Of a stretch of 64,000 nucleotides of DNA, positions 50,486-63,406 are shown piece by piece; position 1 is the stretch's first letter; each line of letters starts with the position of its first letter. A program made the position numbers and the translations under genes. The notes beneath the pieces were generated by a model. That model worked only from the letters and a program-made list of their open reading frames with translations. It was not told the DNA's origin and made no database searches. The stretch lies in contig NMRA01000321.1 of assembly GCA_002633005.1 (NCBI GenBank), positions 368,724-432,723 on the forward strand, written 5' to 3'. This DNA comes from Phoronis australis (lineage: Eukaryota > Animalia > Phoronida).

Positions 50486-50642
50486 AAGGGGCGGATCCAG
50501 GATTTTGAATTAGGGAGCCAGGGCAGAGTATTAGCCAGGATATTGCCCGTCAGACATTCGCAGCCCCGAAATACCAAATGGAATATGGAAGAATTTTAGG
50601 GGTGCATGGCCCCCTTCCCCCACACCCCTAAATCCCCCATTG
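50486..50642. mobile_element. 5-bp-TSD MITE
   Basis: AAGGGGCGGATCCAGG...AAATCCCCCATTG with perfect TSD AGTAT. Confidence 0.75.
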
Positions 50643-52357
50643 AGTATAGCAAATATTCACAATTTGCAGTCGAAGATTGACAATAACAAAAAATCCCACG
50701 TTCCAAGTTTCTTCACAGGAATTTGCTCATCAATACGACTGGAAGTTCTACTTAAAGTAACCTAGTTACCTCGATTACACAAAATGCACAAGAACAACAG
50801 CTTCCTGTGATGAAAAGTGCACCACCATTGGCACCAGGCCTGTGTCATGAACCACGATGACTAAGGCAGATGCAGTGGGTTAGATGTACTTTATTGAACG
50901 GCACAAATAAATTAAAATAATAATAATGCACAGTGCATACATTCAATTACCAACTCCATGTATATGCAAGAAGAAACTAAATCATTGGTTTCTTTTTGCA
51001 GTGAAATATTTGGACATTTAACAACCCGTTTTCTCCAAAATATTTCGAATTTTCCAAGATATTGGTTGCCTAACTTATAAGACCACCAACAGTAGACTTA
51101 AGCGTCAGTTTCCTGTGATGGTTATATCAACAGAGCTAAACAAATTCGTTAAAAACACTCAACAAACTGACTTAAAAACTAACACACAAGCACATTGTGT
51201 AGATGACAAGAGCACCTTTACAAAAGATTATGTTTGCTCAATCACTCTGTATGATTTTTTTCAATTTTCAAGTTTTTGAGTGTTGACATTAAGCCATCCT
51301 TCCTGAAATGTTATTCTTAACAAAAATAGCACCAATGCACAAATCATTTACCTCTGAAAACTTTCATAACGACCTGGCCAGAGATGTCCTAGACATATGA
51401 AAGTTTTGGAAACAACAGATTGACTGGCCAGCCCTACAACCACCACAACAGCCACCTATACAAATTAGGATGCACCACAACAGTCAAATGGGATACAAGC
51501 TCCATCTAAACACGATATCAAGTACTTCACTGAAAGATCACTACTTGTCCATGGTCTAAACTTCTATAATGCCTATGGATGACCAATGCTAAATATTAAG
51601 TACATCCAATTTCAGACTCTTAAAGCACATAACGAATATTTTTACAGTGCTCACAGATTTGCTTTCCCTTTCTACAAAGAACACCAAAGCCAAGTGTGAA
51701 AATAAAAGTTTTAATGTGTAGTCGCCACTTGGGGGTTTCAGAAACTCCAATGAATTTCTATAACGTAATATTTCAAATGCTTGACAAAATGGCAAAAGTA
51801 TTATGTTTTTTCTTTATTTTAGTTTTCTTAATACTTTAAAGGCATTGACAAAAGTAGGGAGTACAAGAAAATGCACACGATCAAAGAAAACTGCAGCTTC
51901 AATTGCATAACAGTGTAGCCTAGGTGAATTCTCTTACTTTTCAAAAACCGCATTATTTCGAAGTGTGCAGATGGCTGGGTCTAAATACGCACCACTCTGT
52001 ATGCTACACTGCACTCGAGCTAACACTTGATCTTATAGAGATCGACCGCTTGGACGGAAAAAAGCGGGAATCTGTCAGCTCTACAGAATTTATTGTTCAA
52101 TCAACTTAAGTGCAGATCACAGTTTTTCAGATACACCACACAGAGTCCTTACATAGATTCATTTGAACTCGACAAGTGTGTAATTTACATGAAGAAATGC
52201 TTTTTAAAGCTTTTTAAAAATGTCAGATAATCTTCAATGAAGGAATAATTCATGAGTTTATTAATATGTAAAGAGTGATTTTACAAGGGTGTGTCTGCAT
52301 GTAGGTCTGCGAGAGTGTGATGTTTCTGAAAAACTGTGATCTGCACTTGAACCAAGG

Positions 52358-52636
52358 TTAGTCGCAACATATGTCAACATGTGTCATGAATTCGTGATCT
52401 TTATCAGCGGAGTACGTGCGCCCACAGCGGGGACACTCTAGATTTTCATCCGACACATGTTTGGACAAGGCTTTTTTGGTTTTCTCCGTCTTGGGAGGGG
52501 TTGGCATGTTGAATCCATCGATTTCGTCAAAACCGACATCATCTTCATAGTTTCGTTCAACACCATCAATGACAAGGTCATCAGCAAATGCGTCCGCAAC
52601 ATCTCTGCCTCCACGAGCGACGAGTTGGTTATCATA
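52358..52636 (-). CDS. TNIP2: TNIP2/ABIN-2-like, last exon (C-terminal CCHC zinc finger)
   Basis: ttccttgCAG acceptor. Ends LECPRCGRTYSADKDHEFMTHVDICCD*, the TNIP2/CEP55/NEMO-type terminal finger with a TNIP2-like ...CC ending. Confidence 0.8.
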   Translation of the reverse strand, partial: YDNQLVARGGRDVADAFADDLVIDGVERNYEDDVGFDEIDGFNMPTPPKTEKTKKALSKHVSDENLECPRCGRTYSADKDHEFMTHVDICCD

Positions 52637-53465
52637 CTGCAAGGAATATCAACAGAGGTTTTGAGACCTGAATCATAATATCACTTGCGTATATACAAAT
52701 GTTACAGTACCGTAACTTGTGAATCCATGTTTAAAACCAAATGCAGTACACACAAGAATTACTGAAACGAAATGAACTAGGAATTCCCAACCATGACAGC
52801 TGAGCGCAAGCAGAATTCCTGTCATGAGGGGCCAGTGGAAAGGGAATACAACATCCCAGTAGCTAGAATGACCAATTCATGTTGAGTTATTACCTGCCAT
52901 GACAGCAAAAAGGTATTTTTTCTGATTACTGTAACTAGTACTGTAACTAAGACATTAAACTCCAGCTGAAAGTTTGAATAAATCAGGTTTGCAAGGGTTA
53001 AATTAGCATGAAAAACAATCAATTAACTTCACTGTCTACGGCTTTCCTATTAGAATAATGCTACCCAATATCTTGACGATTTTGAAAAATCTAGTAGGCC
53101 CAACATCTGACATCTGCTTACATCAAATCAGAAAAATCTACACTTTATGGACCATCAAGCACGGCATGCAAACACCGATCAGATTTTCGACTTTTACCTA
53201 AGAATGAGCTAACAGCCTTTTGACATCTTCTCTCTCATTAAAATTACCACCAGATGTCACCAGTTGTGTCATTAAATGTTATTTTTACTTAGTCATGTTG
53301 GAGAGTTAGACAGGGAAATGTGCAAGGGCATGTCAGATATGTAGCATTTAAAAGACTACTGACAGCGTACAATTGCATCCAAACAAAATGTTAATTGAAG
53401 TTTAAAAATGGCACACTGCCCCGATACAAGTGGGTGGTTGAACGAATATATAAATTCGTACTCAC

Positions 53466-53677
53466 TCCATGCTGATAATACTCTTGTTGGTATCGATTGA
53501 GAGACTCCTGTCTCCGTTCATAATAGGGACGGCGATCTTGTTGAACATAGGCAAGTCGGTCCTTAAGGTATTTATTCTCATTCTCAAGTGCAGCGATCCT
53601 TTCATGGGCCTTCTCACGGTCTTGTCTTTCAAGCTCGAAATCGTCTGTGCAGCTCTGAATTTGTGCCTTGAGAAACT
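53466..53677 (-). CDS. TNIP2: TNIP2-like exon 6 (UBAN domain)
   Basis: Encodes EFLKAQIQSCTDDFELERQDREKAHERIAALENE, which carries the UBAN DFxxERxxR motif. Phase 1/0. Confidence 0.88.
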
Positions 53678-53951
53678 CTATAAAAAGATCCACAAAATAA
53701 AGCACCAATTTAAATACGTAATTTCTAGTTTACCCAAGGTCAGAACGCATTGATTAATAAAATCAACAACAAAAGCTGTTGCTTTTGGCATGTAGTTACC
53801 TTCAAGTTGCCAATAAATCCAAATATGACCTTCAAATGTGAATCAGCCAGGTATTCAGCAAAAGAACTCTACCAACTGAAATTTAAAATCAGACTCAGTT
53901 CCTGCTCAAGTTAAGAACAGCTAAAACAACAATGGCACCTCTTTGACTCAC

Positions 53952-54078
53952 CGATATGTTCCTTGTCCTCGGGCCGGCTCTCTCCGCCCCCACCAGCCTC
54001 CAGTAGAGTCTGCAGGCGCCTTTTCTCATCCTCCTCCTGTTTCAGCGCCATCTCTAGGGCTTTATTCTCACTGAGCAC
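53952..54078 (-). CDS. TNIP2: TNIP2-like exon 5 (coiled coil)
   Basis: atcttgCAG acceptor and G|GTGAGT donor. Encodes VLSENKALEMALKQEEDEKRRLQTLLE. Phase 0/1. Confidence 0.82.
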
Positions 54079-54908
54079 CTGCAAGATTAGCATGCACAAA
54101 GGTTAACCCATATTCTAACACCAATCGCTGTATATATGTCTTAATCCAAACATAAATCCCCCATACAATTTCCCCCCATGCAAGGTACTGAGCAACACAT
54201 GCTTTCCAGCTGTTACACAAGGTACCTCTGGTAGCCTAGGACTTATGAAAATTACGCCAGAAAAGCATAGTTGATTCTTCTCTGTGATTTTTCTGAAAAT
54301 CAAGTTGACAGTGCTGCAGTAAATTTCTTAGATGGTCAGTTCTTCAAAAAGGAAATGCAGCCAAGATGAAAATAATGTGCTGCTTGTTTCTTTACTCAAT
54401 GCTCGGCAAATCACGACATTCAAACGTACCACCCACCTTTTTGACAGTACATGTTTTATGCTATCAATCAACTCAATGCACCTTTTACAATTCCAGTTGA
54501 CACTTTTAGAGTTGGGAACTTTTGCAATAGCTATCGAAGAGCTTTGATACCTATGTGGTACACACAGTTAAAGTATAGCACAGGTACGTTACTGAATCAA
54601 ATACTCAAAAAGCTTATAATGATCAGGTCAGTGCTAAATCCATGCATGGACTTCACTAGACCTCAATATGGAACAACCTCAATGCAGGTACACCAGTCAA
54701 TACAAGAGTGGATCCAGAACATCTCTAGGGGGGTTCAATTGCTACAATGTTGCAACACGATGCGCCACCCACGTTTGTACATTGACAGATCCCATTTGGT
54801 CAGGATCCCGGCTAAGTGCCAACACACACACCCAACTTCCCAATGCAAAGCATCCTTCTGAGGACTCAGTACACATGCACCCATGGATAAAATAAGATAA
54901 CACCATAC

Positions 54909-54997
54909 CCTTTCCTTCTCCTCCCGCTCTTCTTCAATTCTTTGTTTGGCTTGCAGGAGCAACTTGTCAAATTGTCTCTGGTGCTCTTCTGAAGGGA
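54909..54997 (-). CDS. TNIP2: TNIP2-like exon 4
   Basis: tgttaTAG acceptor and AGG|GTATGG donor. Encodes VPSEEHQRQFDKLLLQAKQRIEEEREEKER. Phase 1/0. Confidence 0.8.
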
Positions 54998-55805
54998 CTA
55001 TAACAGAAAATTCAACACAAATTAAAAACAGTTAAAGGCTTCACAGTCTGTGCTTCCCCGCAAAGCCAGAGGAACACAAAACAAGCAAGGACGTATCATT
55101 TCTACAGGCTACTGTCTTGGCTCAGGACATGTTTGTAAACAAAGGTGCCATAAAATCTCTACAATGCTGAACACATATGGGTGGATAAAGGAATTTTTAT
55201 TTCACATTTTAACAAAATATGCAAGCACAGAGTTACAGCTTATCATGATGACGTTCGGCATTGATGTCTTTGTAAGTCGACTTTGTCAAAAAGGCAATCT
55301 TGGCAATTATTGCTTCGGAAATTGCAGTGACTTTCACCAGCAGATTTGACCTTGTCACAATAAAGAGTTTGGAATTTGCCGTTGTCACAAGTTTGGCTTT
55401 TCAGACAGTGGCTGATCTTGGATTCCATGAGGCGGAACCACAATTTTTAAGAAAAACTCCTGAAAGCATTTGTCAGGCATTAGTTCTAAATACAATTTAC
55501 CAAGTTTGAACACATAAGAGATGTCGCTAATTCACCAAAAACTACATGTTGGATGCTTCAGTATTATAACTGCAAGGCTGTGCACAAACATGTTCATGAA
55601 TTTTTTAATTACCAGTGAGTTTGAATATTCTGTTGTGGAGAACATAGACTCAATAAGATCACAGAGTAGTTGACAGTAAACAACAAAACTTCTGAAGCTA
55701 ATTACAATTGTATAGTGCCCCTTGTTCACAATCAGTGGCTTCACTTCAAAGAGACCGTATGTCAGGTAAAGAAAACATCATTCATCTCGATGTTATGGGG
55801 CCTAC

Positions 55806-55962
55806 CTGGTCTTGTGTCCTTAACACGCGATTCCAGTTCAACAATTCTATCATTCAACCTCAAGATTTTGGTCTCCTGTTCTTCATTATAAGTCTGCCAT
55901 CTGGTGTTCATCAGAAGAATTTCGTTATATTTTAGTCGTAGCTGTTCATTCTCCACTAGGTG
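55806..55962 (-). CDS. TNIP2: TNIP2-like exon 3 (EABR-like motif)
   Basis: Encodes HLVENEQLRLKYNEILLMNTRWQTYNEEQETKILRL, resembling the TNIP2/CEP55 EABR pattern N..WQ.Y...R. Phase 0/1. Confidence 0.85.
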
Positions 55963-58900
55963 CTGCAATGTACACACATATAGATCTCACAAAAACTGCA
56001 AAAACATTTCTTTTATTGAACATGGTATCCACATATTGTATTCTAAATTAGTGAAATATATTTTACCACATGCCGTACACGCATCATCATTGTGAATCAC
56101 AGAGTTTTGAGTTGTGTTCACATGAGACCAACCCTATCCCGGCAAATAATAACAGCTGTTCTTGACCAGTACTCTTTTTAATGTTTAGTGCCAGTTGGAG
56201 ACACCTTAACATATTTATGATCCAGAACAAACAAAAACATGGTAGTAGTACCCTTCTGAACATTGCTATTTACAGCATTGACTCTTCACTCAATATTAAT
56301 CCCGGTGAGAAAAATACAAATGTGGTATCTGTAATGACTCGATCGCTTCAGTATGTTCTAAGACTAGTGTGACCTCTGAGAATTTTTAATTTAAATAATC
56401 ACGAAATACTCATGAGCAAACAAAAAATAAGTAGCCTCTAGTTCATCAGGTGAACACACATTCTTATTTTCTGAGATTTATGAACAACAGGATAGCCTGT
56501 AAAATTGTATGAGCTTGCAGGTATTCAAATCAGTGCATTCTTCAATGACTAATGATTCAACAATGAGTTGGCACACTTGTCAAGGATTAAAATCTATGTT
56601 ATAAGCCTAAGGCCCAGGCATGTCATGTGAAAACTCCCATGTTTAAACTTGGCTTAGTGCCCACCCTCAATTTAAACAATGAGACTTCCTTCCAAGTGCC
56701 AATGACTAAGTGAATGCCCATTTCCTACTTAGAAGTTCAGTACTCAATTGATACATAACTAATTTTCAGTTTCAGCTAACACCTTTTTTGTATTTGGTGA
56801 AGAACTAGGAAATACTAACTTTGTGAAATCATTGGCTAATTAATGTTCATTCTAAGATTACCATGCTGGTTTTACATAAATGCTGAAGGGAATACATGAC
56901 CAGATCTGATCGGCTAAACGCCCATGCCAGACTTCTCAAACATTTCATTTTTAAATGTCCAAATTGGCAGGATGAATGCCCACCGCGATACTTTCAATTC
57001 CTAAACTTAAGTGCACTGGATATTAACCAGTACTTATGCAAAAATCTAATGTTAAGGGAACGAGTAGAGAATTCTACTATTCGAACCTGATACGGTAATG
57101 TTTGGTTTTCACAACAAAGATCTAATCTACTATGACAGAAGAGGGAACCGCATGATCAAGACTGCAAATAGATTTCAAGAGTCATGGGTACACAACTCAG
57201 TAGGCCAATTACATCAACCAAAATATCGGAAACAACTAAAATTCCTGCTCGGCAAATGTCAGACAGTTTAAAATATTCTGAGTCATAGTGGGTCAATGTT
57301 CTGGAAAATCCCAGTTGCAGCATGTGATTCAAATTAGAAGACACATTAATCTATTTTAGCACCTGGCTATTTATGGACTATGCATATTTTGGCTTGGATG
57401 TACATTGCATTTCCTAACTCAGCTAATGCTAAGGCATAGTGCCTTCAAAAATAAAACAAGAAGTTCAAACCAGTGAGAATACTGCCTAATTGCTCTCATT
57501 TACAGGAATTCACAACCACCAAGCCTGATACCAAGACCACCAAGCGACAAGGTCATGTTCATGATACACACTCATAACCTACTCACAGGCTTTTGCTTTC
57601 ACTGCCACAATCCTACAGCTTTCAAAATGGGTTGAAAAGTACAGCCCACTACCAGTAATGCTAACTCAGTGAAGATCTGCATGCAGTCTGTTATTGATTG
57701 ACTGCCTTACCAGTATACTACAAACATGTTCAACTTATGTGTTACTGGTACAGGCTGCTCTACATAATTTATCAAGACTTGACTCAGTTTTCAACAGAAC
57801 AACATGGAAAGCTGAATGCGCTGCAGAGCATCACTGCAAACTCTATTTATCAGCAATCTGCTTCCAAAAAGTAGTCCTATCTTGCTTTTTATGTAAAAAC
57901 AATCTTTAGGACAGGACCTATTTTGAGAGAGGGAAATAATTTGCAAATTAGCTCCCCTGCAAATGTGCATGCTTACAGTAAACATGCAACCCAGGTATCT
58001 GAGCCTATAAGTACATGTTAGCACAAATTATTTTGCACCTATGCATTGACTGGTGAGGCCCAGTGTTTGCCTGTGACCCACTAACACAATGATGTAACCT
58101 GTTTACATAACTGAAGTGGGTTCATAATTTACCCATGCCCAGATCAGCTGAAGGTCACCCTGACACATGGAAAAACCCAACCACTATCATGTGTCAACAC
58201 CCTGATTTGGTAAAGAGAAAAATTGTGTTGTAAACAGAGAATCCTAAAGGAGTTTCAAGGTTATGACATGGCAAAAACCCATGAGACAAGTGTAAGATTC
58301 GTTTTCTCCCATGAACTGTAAAAACGATCTTTTATGCTGAAAAATTCCACATGTCTAAAACTTTCAACCACAAGACACAACTTTTGTAAAAACACGATGG
58401 CGCAATGTAAAGAAATTCAGCCACTTTTTGTCAAGAGGTTTACTTTAAGCTTAACAATTGCAAATTGCATTCAGCTTTCGTAGCAAATATTCAAGTTAGA
58501 ACGGAATAAATAGTCTTTGAAGTTGTAACATTAAAACTTAAAAAAAAATTATTAATAAGTCAGCAAGGCTTCCCGGCGCGTGAGCACTGAATTGACCTTG
58601 AGACAGCACAGCTGGACAGTCTCTTGAGTTGGGGCTTGTCTCCATTTGAATGGAATACGTCACCGAATATGGGTCCGTTTAAGAAGTTGTTTGCATGTCC
58701 TTCCGACTGGGAGTACATACAGTTGCAACGCCCGATTTGTCAATAATAACTTTGTCACCTTCTGGTTGTTTTTAGTGTTTTGCAAACGATAAAATGTAAG
58801 GCGTATGGAATTCTACTTTGCACTACTTTGTGATTTGCGTAAAATCAAAAAATTACGTACACGGTGTTACTAACCAGTCGTGTCATAACACAATCCAGGT

Positions 58901-59893
58901 CATGTGAGAAAGAAATTTTTCTCACATATTTCAATTCACAAATGACCCTCTGCAACATATTTCAAATAATTTTCTAATAATTACAAAGGTAAAAAGGTGT
59001 TTGGAGCCAACTTCATAAGATGTATTAAAAATCTCGTCCTGGCCACAAGGTATTAGACTGAATCTCACCGTGGCCGGCCAAAAGGTATTATAGACTAAAT
59101 GAAGGTTACAAGGATTTTAATTTGTCTCAAAATTTAAAACAGTTGTAAACAATTATATTTAATACACTCTTCATAGCACATCCTTATTCTTTGGAGCTTC
59201 CCTGATGGCGACACCATTTCGGTGATCACAACTGTCCTACCATAAGTAACTTGAATATTCTACATCAAAAACCACATCTGTTCATTTCACTCCCTACTAC
59301 ACGCATCACCAGAGTCCCATGCTTACTACTTTCTGTTGTGACGTATGTCAAACATTTATGTTCACTGCATCATTACATTGAAGCACTGGGGGATATGGTA
59401 GTTCAAAAACAGTTTCTTAATATTTCTTGCAAGCACTTTGTGGTGATGTGCAGACATGTGGGATATTGTTCCATTTTTTCATGGCGCTTCATGTTCTACA
59501 GGGCACACCATCGAAATTGAAAAGCACTGGGTTGACACACTATTGATGCTCGCACACAGAATTATGCGAGTCAAACTATCATACTTACAAAATACTTGAT
59601 CATATATTCTAGACATATAGCTTTGTGCAAAAGTGGAATTTATAGCATAAAAAAACAACTGAGAATGGGCACTATGGTTTGACCTTGGGAAGGATATCAG
59701 GACATAATAACAAACAATTAACCCGATCGATCGACCAGAAATTTCCAGAAAAAGGAAAAGTGAAAATGACTGGAGTGTTTGAACTCAGAGCAGAGCAAAT
59801 GGCAGCTAAATACACACTGTCTCAAATACAAAATTGGGGTTGTAATCATGTGCCAATTTAAAAATAACTGAGCCAGTCGTTATTGAATCTCAC

Positions 59894-60220
59894 CTGATTT
59901 TGGTCTTCTTGCGGTGCTTTTCGTCCGGCTTTTTGTTTGTGTTCTTCAAGCCTCCGAGCCAAGTCTCGGCACTGCTCTGACATCATTCGAAGCTGTTGCT
60001 CTAAGCTTTCTCTTTCCTCATTTAGAGACTGACACAGGCTCTCCAGGCCTACTGAACTTGTTTGGTTCAGAAGATTAACTTGAGACTTGAGTTCCATAAT
60101 GACTGAATCTTTCTCATTATTGCTGCTGAGCATTGCTTTGCGGAGGCTCTCTAACTCTGATGTTGCTTCTCTCAGACTCGTTTCATGTTTTTGAATGGCT
60201 TGTCGAAGTTGAGCATTTTC
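59894..60220 (-). CDS. TNIP2: TNIP2-like exon 2 (coiled coil)
   Basis: ctttaTAG acceptor and CAG|GTGAGA donor. 109 open codons rich in heptads. Phase 0/0. Confidence 0.8.
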
Positions 60221-61808
60221 CTATAAAGTCATACAAAAAGGCCAACATAATAAACATGAAGAAGCAAAATTGAACATTTTGTACATTGGAATGACACTGA
60301 CCTGAACAACAATTGGCCCTTCCTACGTGTAAATGATAAACGTCAGAAGAGTGTGGCTGGTACCAGTGCATGTGCAAGATAACAATCATCATTTACAACT
60401 TCAGAAACAATTAAATTTGGAGATGTTTAACCTATTATCGGACTACTTTATGATATCTACTACTCACTTGATAGTTTTTCAAACCATGAGACCACCGTTC
60501 AAGGTCGAGTTTTGTTTACCCCCACTACTTAAACGCAGTTTCATTTTTTCTCATCCAACTGTTGGTAGCTGTTTGCCGTGCACTCAAATTGTTTCACTCT
60601 TAAATGCAATGCACTAGTTAAAGCTATGAATTTCACTGAGCATTGAGTCAAATAAAATGACAAGAATGTGATCCGATTCACACCATACCAACCTAACCAC
60701 TTAATTACGCATAATTTGGCATCCTCCTACAGTAACATTCCCGCAATTTTTGGTTCATGAAATCATTTTACAAATTGAGTTCTATTGACATTTGACAAAT
60801 GACCTATGAGTACCTTTTTGACAGTACCTTGACTAAAAAAAACAATAAACCCCTTTCATGGACAAGTGTTTAAGAGAAATCACAATTGATAAGTTTCTAA
60901 AGTTGAAATCTCAGAGCTCTATAATTTCAATTAACTGTACTTGAAATTGTACATCAATAACACATGAAAAAATGTGGGCAAAAAAAATGACACATGTGTT
61001 TTTGTCATATAGTGGGCAGTTTATGGGTCATGAATGGTCAACATAAACAAAATCAGCTGATTCATTCATGGGACAATCTGACCTTTGATCAAAGGTTTTA
61101 TTTCATCAGCTGATGATCAAAAGCCACCATTAATCACAGCCTTAAGAAGGCGTTGCTCAAACAGTACCATCAAAGTTCAATGGTTAATTTTCAGCTCTGC
61201 AGATGACGAAATTATTTTTGATTACCTACACTTCTGCTCAAAAAGTACCAAAAGAGAAAGTGACGGTGTCTTTCTTTTTGAACAAATTACATGTCTATCT
61301 CCAGTGATTGATGACCTTCAATGGTATGGTAAGATTTAACAATAAGGAGTGCCATGAAAGTATTGACTTAGACTGACTCACTGAATTTGAAAGAATCACA
61401 ACAACATATTTTGTTAACTATTTAACCTGCGCTGTATTAACATACAAACATATATTTAATGGCATGCTTGACCAATGACTTAGTTCTCAAAAACAACAAA
61501 TTGTCAGATCTGTTGCCAGATTGGGCATAAACATATGAGTTTAGAATAGGCTAATTACATCTTCAATCAAACCAGTTGAATGATCTTTTGGATTTTACCT
61601 TCTGATGCAAAACTTTAATGTTAATCCTGTACTAGCATGTAAGATGTTTTTAGAACCTCACATGAATCTATGCAGTACTTTTAAAATGGAATTAAAATCA
61701 GAAAATAAAAGTTCTGTCGATTGACAAATTCTTCATGTCAATTTTCATATTACAAGAAAAGTACACATCTGATAACATTCAGAGATTTTTTGGAAATGAG
61801 CAACTTAC

Positions 61809-62291
61809 CTGTCTTAACTTGGCTACATCATCAGGGTTCACTTCAGCATGGTTCAATTTTTCTTGTAATCTACAGATTTCACTAGCCAATTCATCACAGT
61901 TTTCTTTATTCATAGAAGGATAGAAGATTTCATCTTCCTCAAGAGTCAAGGAAGTTGAAGATCCAACTTGGCGCAGTCTGTTTTGAAGTACTTTAATGAT
62001 CGTATCTTTATCTTTATTTTTTTTCTTTAAGTCTTCTTTTTCTTTCACGTTATCCCGCAACAAAGTTGATATGGTTTGGACGCCTTTTAAACGAGTCCTT
62101 AAGATTTCATTTTCTTTCAACAAATGTTCTTTCTGCATCTGTAGTGCAGCACAGTTTTCCACTCCAGAATCCCCACTAGACTCTGTTGTCAAGGACGACA
62201 CATCTGTCCTGGGCCTGACAGGTAACCCTTCATCTTTAACGACAGTTCTGTTCACAGACATGCTTGGTTTCTTTTCTTTTAATCGCTCCAT
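61809..62291 (-). CDS. TNIP2: TNIP2-like first coding exon (coiled coil)
   Basis: ORF 61779-62291 is cut at a CAG|GTAAGT donor. The start context is caaaATGG, preceded by a ttttCAG acceptor. The seven exons sum to 1674 nt (about 557 aa). Confidence 0.8.
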
Positions 62292-63122
62292 TTTGCAAAG
62301 AAATGCTGAAAATACAATTGACAGACATTCTTAAAAATTTGTATCAAAGAGTGTAAAATTATCTATACACATGGCATTCTAACGTTAAACCTCATGAAGA
62401 GAACTCAGATCATGTATAAATTTAATCAGCAATTGTAATTTTTCGATATAGTGAATAGGAATTCGAGAGGATTACCAGTTTGCGCCGCAGCTTCCTCCAA
62501 ACTCTTGACTAAAGGGATGACTTGGGGTATAAGATGACCACTAAAACCTCAACAAGCATTGCACCATATCGTTTCTTCACCTGTAAATCCCTAGGAGTTT
62601 ATTCGTGCCCGTGAAGCAACTCTCATAGTCGCTCGTGCTCACACACCTCAATGTCAGTGCAGTGTTCTCAGACTGATTAAAGCAATGATTCTGCATCGAT
62701 TAGGCCTACTTACAGACTAAAATCTTTTCATTGCTTAATTGTGGAAATGAAAATTTAAAAGAACTATAGCAAAATGAGTGCACACTTAAGGAAAATGTAC
62801 AGTTCGTAGAGCAGTTCAAACATTTGTCTGCGTCATAACCTAGAGTATAAAGAGAGAAAACGGGCCCAGAATACGTAGTCGGAGAACTGCTCTTCTTCGA
62901 TCTCACGACCTTATTCTGGGACCACGAACGCAAGCACTAGGTGACCGACTTTAATATAGGGCTATGTCGGGCAATGGGGAATTTGACAAGATATAAAAAG
63001 AACGGAAACATTGCAAGGAATACCTTAAAGCTACTTACGGGTAAATTTGAACTGCTGTGTACAACAGGCGGTGACTTGAGTAAACAAACTAGACAAAGAG
63101 CAAAGACCTATTTTTTAACCGA

Positions 63123-63132
63123 GGGAATTTCC
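63123..63132. promoter_or_regulatory. NF-kappaB consensus site upstream of the TNIP2-like gene
   Basis: GGGAATTTCC matches GGGRNWYYCC. Near-sites at 63164-63173 (GGAAAGTCTC) and 62976-62985. Confidence 0.5.
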
Positions 63133-63254
63133 AAGTGCAGATTTTGTAAGTGCGTAATCATTCGGAAAGTCTCGAATAATCCCGTTCCCGCGTGGTCACA
63201 GATACTTATCTTTGGCGTGGTTTTGCTGCTGTGCGTGAACTCGGAATCTTGCGT

Positions 63255-63406
63255 CTTCAAGTGCAAACTTGAAATCAAAACTCATATATTATGTATTCGA
63301 GCACAGGTCTGATAACCACTTATCTTGAGTTCGCATAAAACTGAGCAGAGAAATTGCCCAAAATAATTTCGAGTTCGTTTCGAGTTCAAAGATTAGAGTC
63401 TGGGCC
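63255..63406. mobile_element. Diverged right end of the Harbinger-type MITE
   Basis: Homologous to about 2905-3062, ending AAGATTAGAGTCTGGGCC. Confidence 0.7.

Noticed and set aside
58560-58790. GC-richer patch in the TNIP2-like intron as an extra exon
   Set aside because: No ATG-bearing frame ends in a phase-0 donor. An alternative promoter cannot be excluded.
61996-62334. + strand ORFs over TNIP2-like exons (also 53469-53753 and 52457-52678)
   Set aside because: Antisense shadows of coiled-coil and other coding exons.
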